Source: Oculina patagonica
Taxonomy: Eukaryota
DNA: 64,000 nucleotides
Reading direction: 5' to 3'
Assembly (NCBI RefSeq): GCF_052425735.1
Contig: NC_135765.1
Span: forward strand, 3,038,001-3,102,000
Part shown: piece after piece, positions 36,309 through 47,900 of the stretch
Numbering within the stretch: the stretch's first letter is position 1
Layout of the letters: each line of letters opens with the position of its first letter
Translations under genes and position numbers: made by a program
Notes under the pieces: generated by a model
What the model was told of the DNA's origin: nothing
The model's database searches: none
The model's input: only the letters and a program-made list of their open reading frames with translations

Positions 36309-37559
36309 ATGCTAGCGGCAAACAATTCAAATATTCTCGTCGCTGCAACTTCGGAATCGACAAAAGCCGAAGCGGACCCGAGCCTATCCGAACACGTCGC
36401 GCTCGCGTCAATTCCATTGGCTTTTCTGATCGTGTTTACAATTTTTGGAAACATTTTGGTGTGTGCTGCGTTCTATCTTTGCCGAGATCTGCGAAATGTA
36501 ACAAACTACTTCGTCGTTTCGCTTGCTGTTGCGGACTTGCTGGTTGGGTTTGTGTGTATGCCCTTCTGGTTCACTTATCTTATCAAACAATGGCCCGACC
36601 CGGGGCGAAATTACGAGTTTTACGCACTGTGGATTTGCTTGGACATTGTGAGCGGGACATCCTCAATAATGAACCTGGTAGCTATCAGCGTTGATCGCTT
36701 CTACGCCATTACATCTCCATTCAATTATCACTTAAAACTAACTAAAAACCGTGCTCGCTTTTGTATAGTATTGGTGTGGCTGTATTCCCTGCTAGTGGCA
36801 GGTCTTCACATTAACAGAAAGGGGAACTGGTATGCTTATTTTGTAGCGTGTGCAAGCTTTTTTCTTCCGTTACCAATTCTTGTCTATTCCTACGCAAGAA
36901 TATTTCGTGTTGCACACGCGCAAGCCTTGAAAATGCGCTCAGAAAACTATGGCCACGAATTGTCAGAATTCGAACCAGAGAAAAACGGGGAGACTACGGA
37001 GACAGAGGCGTTTGTGAATGCCAAGTCAAGAGCGTCTTACAGCATGGGTACCACCCGAAGCTCATCCAGTGGAAGTCGCTTCATCTTCCATAAAGTGCGC
37101 CCGCGTTTGACCAGTCAGAGCTCCGTGCGTCAAATGCGTCGTGTACTCCAGACTGATTTGAAAGCCGCTAAGACCCTAGCGATTGTAATGGGCGCCTTTC
37201 TGGCGTGTTGGTCTCCCTACATCATCAGCATGCTAGTAACAGTGTCGTGTAGAACTTGCATACCATATCAGACTAACCTGCAGATTGCCAAAGCTGTCAA
37301 GTGGCTGCATTATTCTAATTCAGCGGTAAACCCAATCATTTACACGCTTCTTAATCGGCACTTCCGAGCGGCATTCCGAAGGATTCTGTGTCGGTACGTG
37401 TCGGGCCGAAGATTCTCGTACGTGACTCGGCTGCTGTCGCACAGTACACCAAGGAGTAGCAGCCGAAGCAGTGGAAATCCCGTCGTTGGTTTAGACAAAG
37501 CTAATTCTAAGACCTCAGTAGAGATTCTCGTATGCACCGAAGTTGTCTCTGTAGTTTAG
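36309..37559 (+). CDS. Class A GPCR, aminergic-like, 416 aa, intronless CDS
   Basis: Seven hydrophobic segments; GNxxV, LAVAD, D3.32, DRF, FFLP, KAAKTL, CWSP, NPIIY and helix-8 FRAAF motifs; long ICL3. Confidence 0.95.
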   Translation: MLAANNSNILVAATSESTKAEADPSLSEHVALASIPLAFLIVFTIFGNILVCAAFYLCRDLRNVTNYFVVSLAVADLLVGFVCMPFWFTYLIKQWPDPGRNYEFYALWICLDIVSGTSSIMNLVAISVDRFYAITSPFNYHLKLTKNRARFCIVLVWLYSLLVAGLHINRKGNWYAYFVACASFFLPLPILVYSYARIFRVAHAQALKMRSENYGHELSEFEPEKNGETTETEAFVNAKSRASYSMGTTRSSSSGSRFIFHKVRPRLTSQSSVRQMRRVLQTDLKAAKTLAIVMGAFLACWSPYIISMLVTVSCRTCIPYQTNLQIAKAVKWLHYSNSAVNPIIYTLLNRHFRAAFRRILCRYVSGRRFSYVTRLLSHSTPRSSSRSSGNPVVGLDKANSKTSVEILVCTEVVSVV

Positions 37560-38237
37560 AATCGTAGTGGTAGTCAGGCTATCAAGTGTCATTCTTGGCA
37601 AATTTTCGTTGATACACTCGAAATGTTTCCGATTCTTATTATCCAATCAAAAGAATAGCACTCGAGACTACTCCAATCGTACCCGGCTTTCCCTTCCCTT
37701 TTTTTGCGCCCCCCCCCCCCCGGGGGGGGGGGGAAAGTTGTTACGTCATCATGACGAAATCAGTTGCTAAGAAACATCGAGACAACACTGCGGGCTCAGT
37801 CTGGTCTTGGTGACCGTCAACTAGTACTTGTTCCCGTACAAGTCTGATAAACATAGCAGACAGGTGAAGATAAAAAAAATCACAAAAAAAATCATTCATT
37901 AAGTACGGAAAATTGTCTTGATGTAGCGCTAGACTCTTAGAATTTGCATAAAATGAAAGGTGTGACAATGGCTAAGGAGAACTAACATTTCAATCTTTGG
38001 ATTGAACAACTATAGCCTGAGTAAACAGAACTCTTACTTCGCTCGCTCGAGCCGAGAGATGCCTGGGACTCAACACTAAAAATTCCATTCTGATGACGTA
38101 ACTTCACAGAGATCTACTGTTGTCGCTGATTGGTCGTTGCTCAGTTTTAAATATTTCGTGCTTGTGTAACAACCAATCAGAGACAGTATATGGATCTTGT
38201 CCCTTTTTCAGGTCTCCCAGGCGCTCAGAGTTGTTAA

Positions 38238-38427
38238 AGGAGCTATGTCACCGTATTTTAAGTCATTTTTCGTAAAGTTAAATTGAAGAAACCTCAAATA
38301 GAGTGAAGAAACACAAGGAGAACTAAAAAGGATGGTTTTGACTGACAAAGATTAGGACGGATTATGAGATCAAATCTGAAAAAGTTGGCCAATTTTTTCA
38401 AGTTGGGTTGTCCGTGACGTAGCTCCT
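38238..38427. mobile_element. TTAA-type MITE
   Basis: TTAA|AGGAGCTATGTCAC ... GTGACGTAGCTCCT|TTTA; similar left end at about 704-722. Confidence 0.6.
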
Positions 38428-39572
38428 TTTAGTAGAGGGTCCCTTTATAGCCTGCGTGGAGGCGTGGAAAGGGAGGGGTAGGGAGGGAAAGGAAGAGGGG
38501 GACTTCTCCCTCGCGTTTTTTTCTCGCTCCCCTCCCCCTTTTTACGCCTGTCACACAGGCTGAATGTATATGACTGACTGACTGACTCAGGGACCGCGAG
38601 GAAGAATTTGAGTGAGTGGGGGGGGGGGGGGGGGGGGGGGGGTGAGGGGTGACTTGAAATGTGGCATAGGCAAGGTGGGGTAGAGCCCTAAACTGTTGAG
38701 CATAGTGGCCCTGAGCCTTCTTAAACTGCATCATATAAGACATTCGATTGAATTGGGTAGTATGTTTGATGGTACCTATTATACTTTATTGTTGGTAAAT
38801 TTACAAGCGAATAATTATATTGCGTACATTCGCTGATACACATAATCCGGCTCACACAAAGTGAAACTGTAATAGTTGTTGTTATGGTTGTTATTCTATA
38901 AGTGTAGTTGTAAAACTTTGAAAGGTTTACTATCTTTTTGAGCTCGCTATACGCTATACGTATTTTAAACTACTCCTTATGTAAAAGTGCATAAATTTAA
39001 TGCAATTGTATTATCACACAATAAACCAATCAAATGTAAGAATACACTAACAGTGTTTTTGATTATGCACCTAGCACAACACTGTCCCCAGGATCTTGTT
39101 AGAGATGCTTTTCAAAATGGCAGCTTGAAAAGCATTTCCGAAGAAGATCCTGATGATTTCTTTTATGTGTTAAGGGGGAGCCTTTAGCTACAAATTGGTT
39201 GTTTTTGTTTTTTAATTTTTTGGGCCCTTTTTTGTTTTTTTTGTTTTTTTTTGCTTTTTTGTTTCTTTGAAAGAAAAAAAAAACCCCTTTTTTTTTAAGA
39301 AAAAAAAATATATTTATTTTTTAAAAAAAAATTTTTTAATTGGTGAGCGTCTTTCCATTGAATTTCAGGCAACCTTTTCTCCAGGTTTTCTTCCGTGAAA
39401 TGACATTGCCCGATTTAAGGTAAAGCCCTGGGATAGGCAACCTCGTTTCCAGACCCTCTCGTCTTTTCCTCTCTTGTGAGGAGAAAAAGGAGAGAGGAGC
39501 CTGGGAACGAGGGATTGGCACTAGGTTTATCTTTCAAAGGACCCTCCGTCGCACCATCCTTCTTCTGTGCCT

Positions 39573-40601
39573 CTAAATTATTTTTTCCTCGAGCTGTTGA
39601 CCTGTCCAAGAGACTCTGTGCTGCGCGTCGCATCCCGCATTGTTAACAGAAGTTGTAATTTGCCTTGTAGTGACGCTGTGCGCCTGCATCACTCTCCTGT
39701 TCACACTGATTCTCCTCAGCACGTCCTTGAAGGCGGCCCTGAAATTCCTGTTCAGACAGCTGTAGATAAGCGGGTTTAGTGCCGAGTTCCCATAGTGTAA
39801 CCACTTGATCATGACGAATACTTCGCTGGGAACCCTGCAAGTTTTGCAGTAGGTGTACATCAACGTGACCACGAAAAACGGGCACCAGCACGCGACAAAC
39901 GCACCAATCACAATGCTGAGTGTTCGGGCGGCCTTTATGTCACGATTGAAGTTTTCCGCCACTCGCCGATGAGTTGTCGATTGGCCCGGATGCACACGAC
40001 GGATGCTGCGCGCGTGTGTTAAGGCCACGTGGAATATTCGAGAATAAGCGACAACCATGATTAACAAAGGAACGAAAAAAGAAGCTAAGGAGACAAATAA
40101 CGGATACCCTGGCCATTTTAGTGGATTTATAGCCGCTATCGTCACAGAATAAATCCAGATGATTGCAATCCCAATCGCGATCCGATTGCGTGTCACTATG
40201 ATTGGATAACGAAGCGGATGATTGACAGCCAGGAAGCGGTCGATGCTTATGAATACAAGATTCATGATGGAAGCGGTTCCACAGACGATATCGAAACACA
40301 ACCAAGCTTTGTAAAATGTTGGAAAATTCACCGCATCAGGCTTTCCTGTTAGATTAACAGATAGCCACACAGGCATGGAAATAGCACCAACTAGAATATC
40401 ACTCACTGCAAGACTGATTATAAAAGCACTGGTGAAACTTTGAAGCCGCTTCGACATCACACAAGCCAAGCACACCAAAGTGTTGCCAAACACAGCGAAA
40501 ATTATTACCACGACAAGGAAGACATTGGTGACAATGAAGGCAAGATTGCGATTGCTGTTGGTTACTTGACGGGAAGAATTTGAAGGAACTGATTCGTTCA
40601 T
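39573..40601 (-). CDS. Class A GPCR, aminergic-like, 342 aa (copy A)
   Basis: N-terminal sequons, GNxxV, LAVSD, D3.32, DRF, SFFVP, CWCPFF, NPLIY, FRAAF; intronless CDS. Confidence 0.95.
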   Translation of the reverse strand: MNESVPSNSSRQVTNSNRNLAFIVTNVFLVVVIIFAVFGNTLVCLACVMSKRLQSFTSAFIISLAVSDILVGAISMPVWLSVNLTGKPDAVNFPTFYKAWLCFDIVCGTASIMNLVFISIDRFLAVNHPLRYPIIVTRNRIAIGIAIIWIYSVTIAAINPLKWPGYPLFVSLASFFVPLLIMVVAYSRIFHVALTHARSIRRVHPGQSTTHRRVAENFNRDIKAARTLSIVIGAFVACWCPFFVVTLMYTYCKTCRVPSEVFVMIKWLHYGNSALNPLIYSCLNRNFRAAFKDVLRRISVNRRVMQAHSVTTRQITTSVNNAGCDAQHRVSWTGQQLEEKII

Positions 40602-40741
40602 GTTTTGGCTGGCGGTTGGTTTAAATATTGCTGTTAACCTTGGGTCTCAGCAAAGCCAAAGCGTAGACGAGAAACCTTAATGAACTGCCGGATAGAAATA
40701 ACTCAAGATCAGAACACACATAATTAATAATTTACCTTAAT

Positions 40742-40850
40742 AAAAGGTAAGGTATAGTCTAGACTAGCCTCGTGGCCCATTACGCCGGAGCTTATCCCGG
40801 TTTCCATAGCATGAAGCGGCTAGGAATATTTCTACCCCCCCCCCCCCGGA
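40742..40850 (-). mobile_element. 3' fragment of a SINE (also at about 53019-53125)
   Basis: Minus strand reads ...TAGCCGCTTCATGCTATGGAAACCGGGATAAGCTCCGGC...GGGCCAC...TACCTTACCTTT, resembling 3' ends of cnidarian SINEs (recognised from memory, not searched). Confidence 0.45.
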
Positions 40851-43800
40851 CCCATTTGACACCCTCTTTCTACTTCCCAAATCTCAACCGAAGGGAAGTT
40901 AAAAGAGGCTCTGTTCGCAGGGTGCCCATTTGAGAGTTAACTATCTTAAGTTGAAAAGTTGAAAATTTGGGTCTTTTTTCACCGTTAGGCCCCCAACGAA
41001 AGTCAATCGCACGCCTTTCATTTGCATTTTAATTCCATTTTGACCGCCTTGAAACAGCTTTTTTTGCAACTTGTGTGCACTTGGGGAACACTTGTCAGCC
41101 TGACACAATCCACTATCCCGAGTCCCTGACCCAACATTTCCTAATATCGATTTTCCACTATTCCCGCGGAATCGTTTTTAGAAACATTACTTTGTGACAG
41201 AAATGAAATCGACGTCATTCCCTGGAGCTTTTTTCCTGCGAAATCCTCTCCATGGAAAATACGCGGATACGTGGTTTTCATTAGAAAATTATTATTTGCT
41301 TCCTTACTCTGCTACGACTTACACTATACCCTCTTCGCAGAAAAACCGGTGCCTGAAACTTCCCCCCTGATAATAAAGGGATTTAATTCTTCTAGGGTGA
41401 ACAGGGGAAATTCAGGTAGTGGACGCCTGTATATCAAGATCAAAACCCTTTCTGCCTGGAAAACTTAAAACGTGCTCGTACTTCCTGCCCTGAGAACACT
41501 TGCAGCCTTCATATCTTTTGACGTCTCAGGAGGAATCCACACAGTCAGCCCCGAGGATTTTATTAACCGAGAAAAACGCGGTACCAAAAATTTGGTAGTG
41601 CTTTGTTGTAAGTGTATGACAATCGATGTCTTTACTGAAGAAAGATCTGGTTCACTTTACAAGCTTGGGTTGCGCTTAAAGATCTGCTCGAAAAGAAAAA
41701 ACATTTTGATCCCTTACCGTGTGTGTCCCAAACGGGCTACCTGATTGAAACTAATTATGCCTTCTTTTCGCTTAGTTGCAGTTTGTTTCAGTTTTCTGCA
41801 GTTTTCATTCTTTCTTACAGCGTAAAACAGCGCGAGATTTTTCTGCTTGAAAAGCAAAAAGAAACATTTTTGATCCACTTCCTAGTGTACTATATTTGTC
41901 TCAAACGGGCTACCTGATTGAAACTAATTATGCCTTCTTTTCACCTAGTTGCACTTTGTTTTTCTCCGGGTTTCATTCTTTCTTACAGCGTAAAACAGCA
42001 CGCGATTCTATCAGGGAGAACAAACTTTCTTTGAGCTCATTGACTTTCTAAAACTGTGAATCAAAAATAAAAAGCTGACTTTCTTGAAAACGTCACTGAT
42101 CATTTCCGCCGTAAAACGGAAAGCTATCGGCTGTTTTTCGCACTGAAAAAGCTTAAAGGAACCGGTTGCATGTATTTTCTTTCATTTTTGATGTCTAAAA
42201 CCATAACCGCAGCCTTGTGATGCCTTCAATTTCTAGTACGAGGCATTATTTACAACAACAAGAGCATGTTTTGTTGTAATGTTAAAGAAAATTGAACTAA
42301 CTTACCTTGTGTGGGAGTGCCAGAGTTTCGTTTAAACTGAAAATAAAACTAGTAAAATATTCGGCTTTCCCTAGAGCTTGCTGTTACTAATTACGTGACG
42401 TTTTGGCGAAAGGTTGTATGATGTTCTCACCGACCGATGCCGTCGTGGCTTTCTACGAAAGTTGTTCCTCCAAGCAAAACAAGCTGCGCTTTGTAGCCAA
42501 GGCGATCTGTAACAAGATTTAAATGGACGCGAACTTTTAAAGTGACTTATTCTGAAATCGGATCCTGGGAATGCAAATACTTTAGGCACCTGCATTTTAA
42601 TGTTTTAGCTACAGAGTACGGTGAAGGACTTTAATTGCTGTTATCAGTCGCAAATCTATAAAAAAAGTTCAAACATCTAACTAGCAAAGCTTTTGAGTAG
42701 TTTTTTTTTTTTTCACGCCCAAATCTTTGCCGGTTTTTTCTTAACGTTTATCTGATAACAATGTAATCAAATCCTCTACAATCTATTTTTGTGGCAATTT
42801 CAAACGCTGTTTTCCAACAGGCGATAAAATCGTCACGTAAAGGCGAGGCTTAGGAACTCTGCGTATGAAAAAATTAAGGTCATTTCTTTTTTTTTTTTTT
42901 TAAAAAAATTACTTAGTTCAAAAGCGAGCAAAATAATAACAAAATCGATCAAGGGAAGGACCACGAACTCTTTTACCAATTGTCAAAGCGGTTCTTTTTT
43001 TTCAACTATGCGAAGTAACAAAATTGTCTTTAGAATAGAAACGCTGCCTAATGTGTTTGATTCGCTCCGTAAATACATTTTAGAGATAAAAGCCATTAAA
43101 GTGCCGAGGGGTTAAAAACTAATAACGAATTTGAAGATTTTTTACATGAGACATTTTTTGTGTCAGAGAACATCCTTTGAATTAAAAGTGAAAAAGCCAT
43201 TCATTTCCGGGCGTGATTATTCAACAGACTAAAGCAAATAGCAAGGTGGAAATTAAAAGAAATTAAAAAAGCGGATTACTGTCAAATGTCAATAGAAAAT
43301 TTCTTGTACAATTAATACTGCAGGATTATACATATTACAAGTTCTTAGTTCCGGTGAATTTTACATGATTTTTCCAGTAAATGATGACACTATTTTTCTT
43401 TTTCTGTTTCTTAAGAAAGGGTCCCCGCCATAATATACGTTTGTGGCTATTTTTGCCGTGCATTTTCATTGGTAATTGTTATTTTTAATCTTTTGTTGTT
43501 AATAATGGGTTGTATTTCTTAAAATAATATTTGAACATCAAACCTCAATTGAAAGTCTTATGAAGGAGGGAGGGCGAGGCACACTGATTCAGAGAAAAGT
43601 CTTCTGGCGGTAGGCAGCTCATTTACACCCGACCAATTTGACACTAACTTGACGTTAAATGAAAATAATTCTTTAATTTAGACTTTACTGAGCAAGCATC
43701 CCTAGAGTCAATTTGTCAGTCTTAATACATGTTTATGTAGTGTGAGCAAGCAAAGTTTTACATTTTTGCCTAAGAAGGAAACCGCTTTCAAAACTTTGAA

Positions 43801-44340
43801 CCAACTATCTCTTCAAATGTAGTCTCCCTGCTTTCGCATAAAAACAATTTTTGTCTAGTTACATCCTTTATAAATACATTTTCGCCTTGCTTGGCTCCGA
43901 ACCACGCTAAAACTTTTCTTTCTCTGCTAGTTAACTGCCCAGTGTGATCGTTCAACTGTCGTTGGCAATGACCTTTGCAATCATAATTTGCAGTGCAATC
44001 AGAAAATTTGTTTGTCCTCGAAATTGCAGACTGAAGTCTGTTTGTTATTATTCTTTGCACCATTATGGCGCCAACTCGAGAGATAAAGAAATACATGTTT
44101 GCTATGTTTCACACAGGGTTATACATTCCGCGATTCCAGTGTTCCTAGTTATCCTGCTGATTCCGAAATGTAAGACTTACACCATCCCCCTCCCATATTT
44201 AAGCTTATTTCATGTCCTTCGTGAGGAATTGTGTGTAGATGCTATTGTTCTAAGCGATTGCTTAGGGCCTAGGGATATATTGTGCTGAAAACTTTTTCTT
44301 TTTAATCGCTCGATTATAGTTAGTTTGCTTCAGTTTGGAT

Positions 44341-44932
44341 TAGGGCTGTCCACAAGTTGCTCGGCAACTTTTTGGCAACTTTTCATATTTCGAGCAACTT
44401 TTTCCCCTTCGAGCAACTTTTTTCCTCTCGAGCAACTTGTTGCATTTTGAGCAATTTCCAGACCGAAGATCCCTGAAGACTATCCGAGTTTCGTTCAAAG
44501 ACTATACGAACGTTTCCGAAGATTTACGAGGTTTGCCGAAGATTTTCGAGGAACATCTGAAGACCAACTTTCGGCTCATTCTTCATTAAAACATTACAAA
44601 ACTCGTCAGCAAACATGACGTCATCCATATCTTCACGATTTTTTTCGAGCCGGTTAAAGAAATTAAGAAATCCTTGTTATTAAACAAATTTTCCCCTATA
44701 TGTTATTTAGATACTTCTTTTGCTGTAAAATTGCATAAAACTGATTAGAAATGTTACCCTCAAAGAAAAATTAGCACATATTTAGATAATTTTTTTTTAT
44801 TAGAAGCAGCGTTTTGTATTTTTTGGGGCAACTTTCGAGCAACTTTTTTTAATCAGAAGCAACTTTTTGGATTTTTGGAGCAACTTTTGAGCAACTTTTT
44901 GAGAAATCTCAAGCAACTTGTGGAAAGCCCTA
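44341..44932. mobile_element. hAT-type MITE (copy A)
   Basis: TIR TAGGGCTGTCCACAAGTTGCT / AGCAACTTGTGGAAAGCCCTA; 8-bp TSD GTTTGGAT; GAGCAACTTTT subterminal repeats. Confidence 0.85.
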
Positions 44933-47900
44933 GTTTGGATAGGGGGTGCACAAAGGCACTTTTATACTGTATAAATAGCGATTGACCAGAAATGCGCAAT
45001 GATGAAGTTCTTCAGCTAGGGGATGACCAACGCTTTGCCGATTGGTCAATGTGCGATTTCTCTGGAACGCTCGCTCTAAGAATTTACAACTGATAAAAAA
45101 GGTAGGTTTATATGACATCTAACAAGTTTAAAAAAGTCCAAAGCCTGCTACACAGTGTTGTCGAGGTATACGTATATGATTTTAACACTAACTTTATGAG
45201 CCTTATTAAAAATTAGCAATGTTATATTACAATTGCTGAGTTTTGATTGGTTAACAGACAGTGGTATACGACCTCATATACCATGGGCAAGAAATATGGT
45301 AGGTTAACGCGTCAACGAGAACAGCCGGGGAGCTCAAATATTAAAATTTTTGGGTGTTTTGCGCTTGTTGGATATGAGATAGTTAGAGCCGTTTTCACTG
45401 AGGCGAGCGCGGGGGCACACGCCGGAGACCGGACCCAGCCGGACCACCACGGACCGCCACGCGCCGCGCCGGCCACGACGAGCCGAGGAGGCACGGGGCG
45501 GAGAGGGAGACGGGGCGCAGAACGCAGCCACGAGACGCACGCGCCCGGGCACCCCACTCATATTCAACACGTGCTCATGGAATGAAGTTGCCTCGTTTTC
45601 ATTTCTTAAGAGAGCGACATAGAGACCTGGGCATGAGAATGGTTGACAGTCCGCCCGGATCCATTTTTTTATTCATCGGAAATTAATCATTTATTGGGGT
45701 ATTTCGATTCTAAACGATTAGCTGACAATATAAAGACAACATGTAAAAAATTAATCAAATAAACGGGAAGCAAACAATTGAACTATGATAACAGGTACTT
45801 CAAGATTTATTTACGTTCACCGGGCACTGAAAAAAAATCAGTGGCATTCTAAATTTCCGATTTAATGAGCAAAGAGTTACACTTCCTTGCCGGTAAGATC
45901 AGTTTTTATAATTTCGATATGCAAATGTTTTGGTTTAACCTTTCATTTCAGTTAATATCAACAAGTGCCCCGCTGGTTGTTTGAAGTTAACTGATTCGGG
46001 AAAAAAATAAAATATTCAAGACCATCCAAGTTTTGTTTTGAACGTGTATTTTTAGAGTTAACTTCTAAATGACGCTTTACTTCAAATACACACAGAGGCA
46101 AATACGTCAAACGGAAAGAAAAAGACGAAAGCTACACTTAAACCTTTTAAATTTATTTTTATAATTATGAATTTGGGGGCGTTTTTCCGCAATTTAAAAA
46201 ATCAATAAAATCACATCTTGACGATAAAAAATAAAAATACTAAAAGCCTGATTTCATGCAACTTTTTCCAGAGTAATTAATCATAATTCTCATAACATTT
46301 TGGTTTATTAAGTGGCTAGTAGCAAATTCGTTGGTTATATACAGCTGTTATTGACAAACTAGCGCGAATGTTATTTTACGATGGAAATTTTGCGGTGATC
46401 TCACTCAGCGAGACAGGAAAACAACTGGCTATAGATTGATCGTGAAGCTCGGCAGTTTTCCATTTAAACAGACTCGAGGTAGGTACAAATTACCTTTATT
46501 TAAATTCAAATCTATAAAGACCTGCGCTTTATCTTTTTTATGAATAGAAAATCACAAAGTCAGGCAAACGAGTTTTTATGGCGCGCGAGACATCTGAAAA
46601 CCTGCGTATAAAATATATTAGGAATTGTATTCCTTTTTTGAGCAGATGGTTTCATCTGAAGTCTTTCCCTGGGAGATCGTTAATTTCATTTTCAAGTAAA
46701 GCTTTGTATTTTAAATGACCAACAACTGGCCTTGTCGAAACCTTGGTCTACTATTTGACACTTTATGTTTGTGAAATCTTGCACGCCTCGTAAAGTTTCC
46801 ATAATGCATAAAATACACAAGCTCCTTTAGTTTACCACGGATTTTCACAACAACGCTTTTTGTGCGGAAGTCAGTCAAATTCGGCAAATGGTACTGTCGA
46901 AAATTTCACCGGCTATTTTTTTATTTTCAAACGACGTGAATCTCGAATGATTTAGTTTAAAATCATTTGCAAGACTAAAGGTCCCTAAAACTAATAACAG
47001 TCTCGGTGATAAGTTGGTTGGAGGAAATATTTTTATTATGCGGCAAGAATTATTTTGATGTCGTGAGACCACAATCTCTCCTGCCGGTAATTTTCGTCAA
47101 GATTGGATGGAATATTGAAGGTGCGTGGTGCATATTTAAACAAAATTACATAATTTTGGAGGGTTTTTTTAATCGAAATTTGAGGAAGATTTCTCTTTTT
47201 TAATCAGTTGCAACAAGAAAAAATATTATTTGCCGTTCACCGTTTTAAAAGGGCATTTAAAAATATTTGTCGACTGGAAACGGGCCTCTTAATACATGCG
47301 ATCATATTTTTTCTTCTATAAACAATGTTTTGTTTTTCCAAGCTTCTTTCTGCCAAGCGGTAAATAATTCATAGCTTTTAGTTCTAGATTTTGATGTCTG
47401 CGAGGGCGATAGGCCCGAAGGAGCGAAAATCACTTGATTAGGGCGTTACCTTGGTTACGCTGACGTAATTGTGACGCATCGGTGCTTTTGAATGGCGAAA
47501 GCCTTGATTCACATCCTACAACGGCTATGGGGGTGGACAGAATATCAAACGGTGATAGAGTATGAAAAAGAAGAGAAAAAATTGCATAACCTTATGCAGC
47601 CGTGGATAAGAGGTATTTTTCTATGCAGTTAACTGTCAGTTTGTAGCTCTTGTCGCTGCAAGGTGGTTGAAAACAATCTGGCGCTGTTTTTCTATCCACT
47701 TGACATCTCGCCATACAAGCTTGATATTGAAATGAAGCATTGTCCACACTTCGCCTCTAACAAATGAAAATTGGACATGCATTGAAATGTTCATTTATTC
47801 AAATCGTCAATTACAGTCATCGGAGGAAATTTCAATTACTTTGCGTTTCATTGTTTTTAAGTTTTCGATGCAGCTTTCATGACTCTTCGAGCGGCGGCAG

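Noticed and set aside
36309-40601. Opsin interpretation of the TM7 lysine
   Set aside because: The retinal-binding Lys is 7.43; here 7.43 is Tyr and the Lys is at 7.39.
45247-45585. GC-rich ORFs suggesting horizontally acquired or contaminant DNA
   Set aside because: The segment is a T-stripped version of the MITE at 57664-57943, most likely an assembly artefact.
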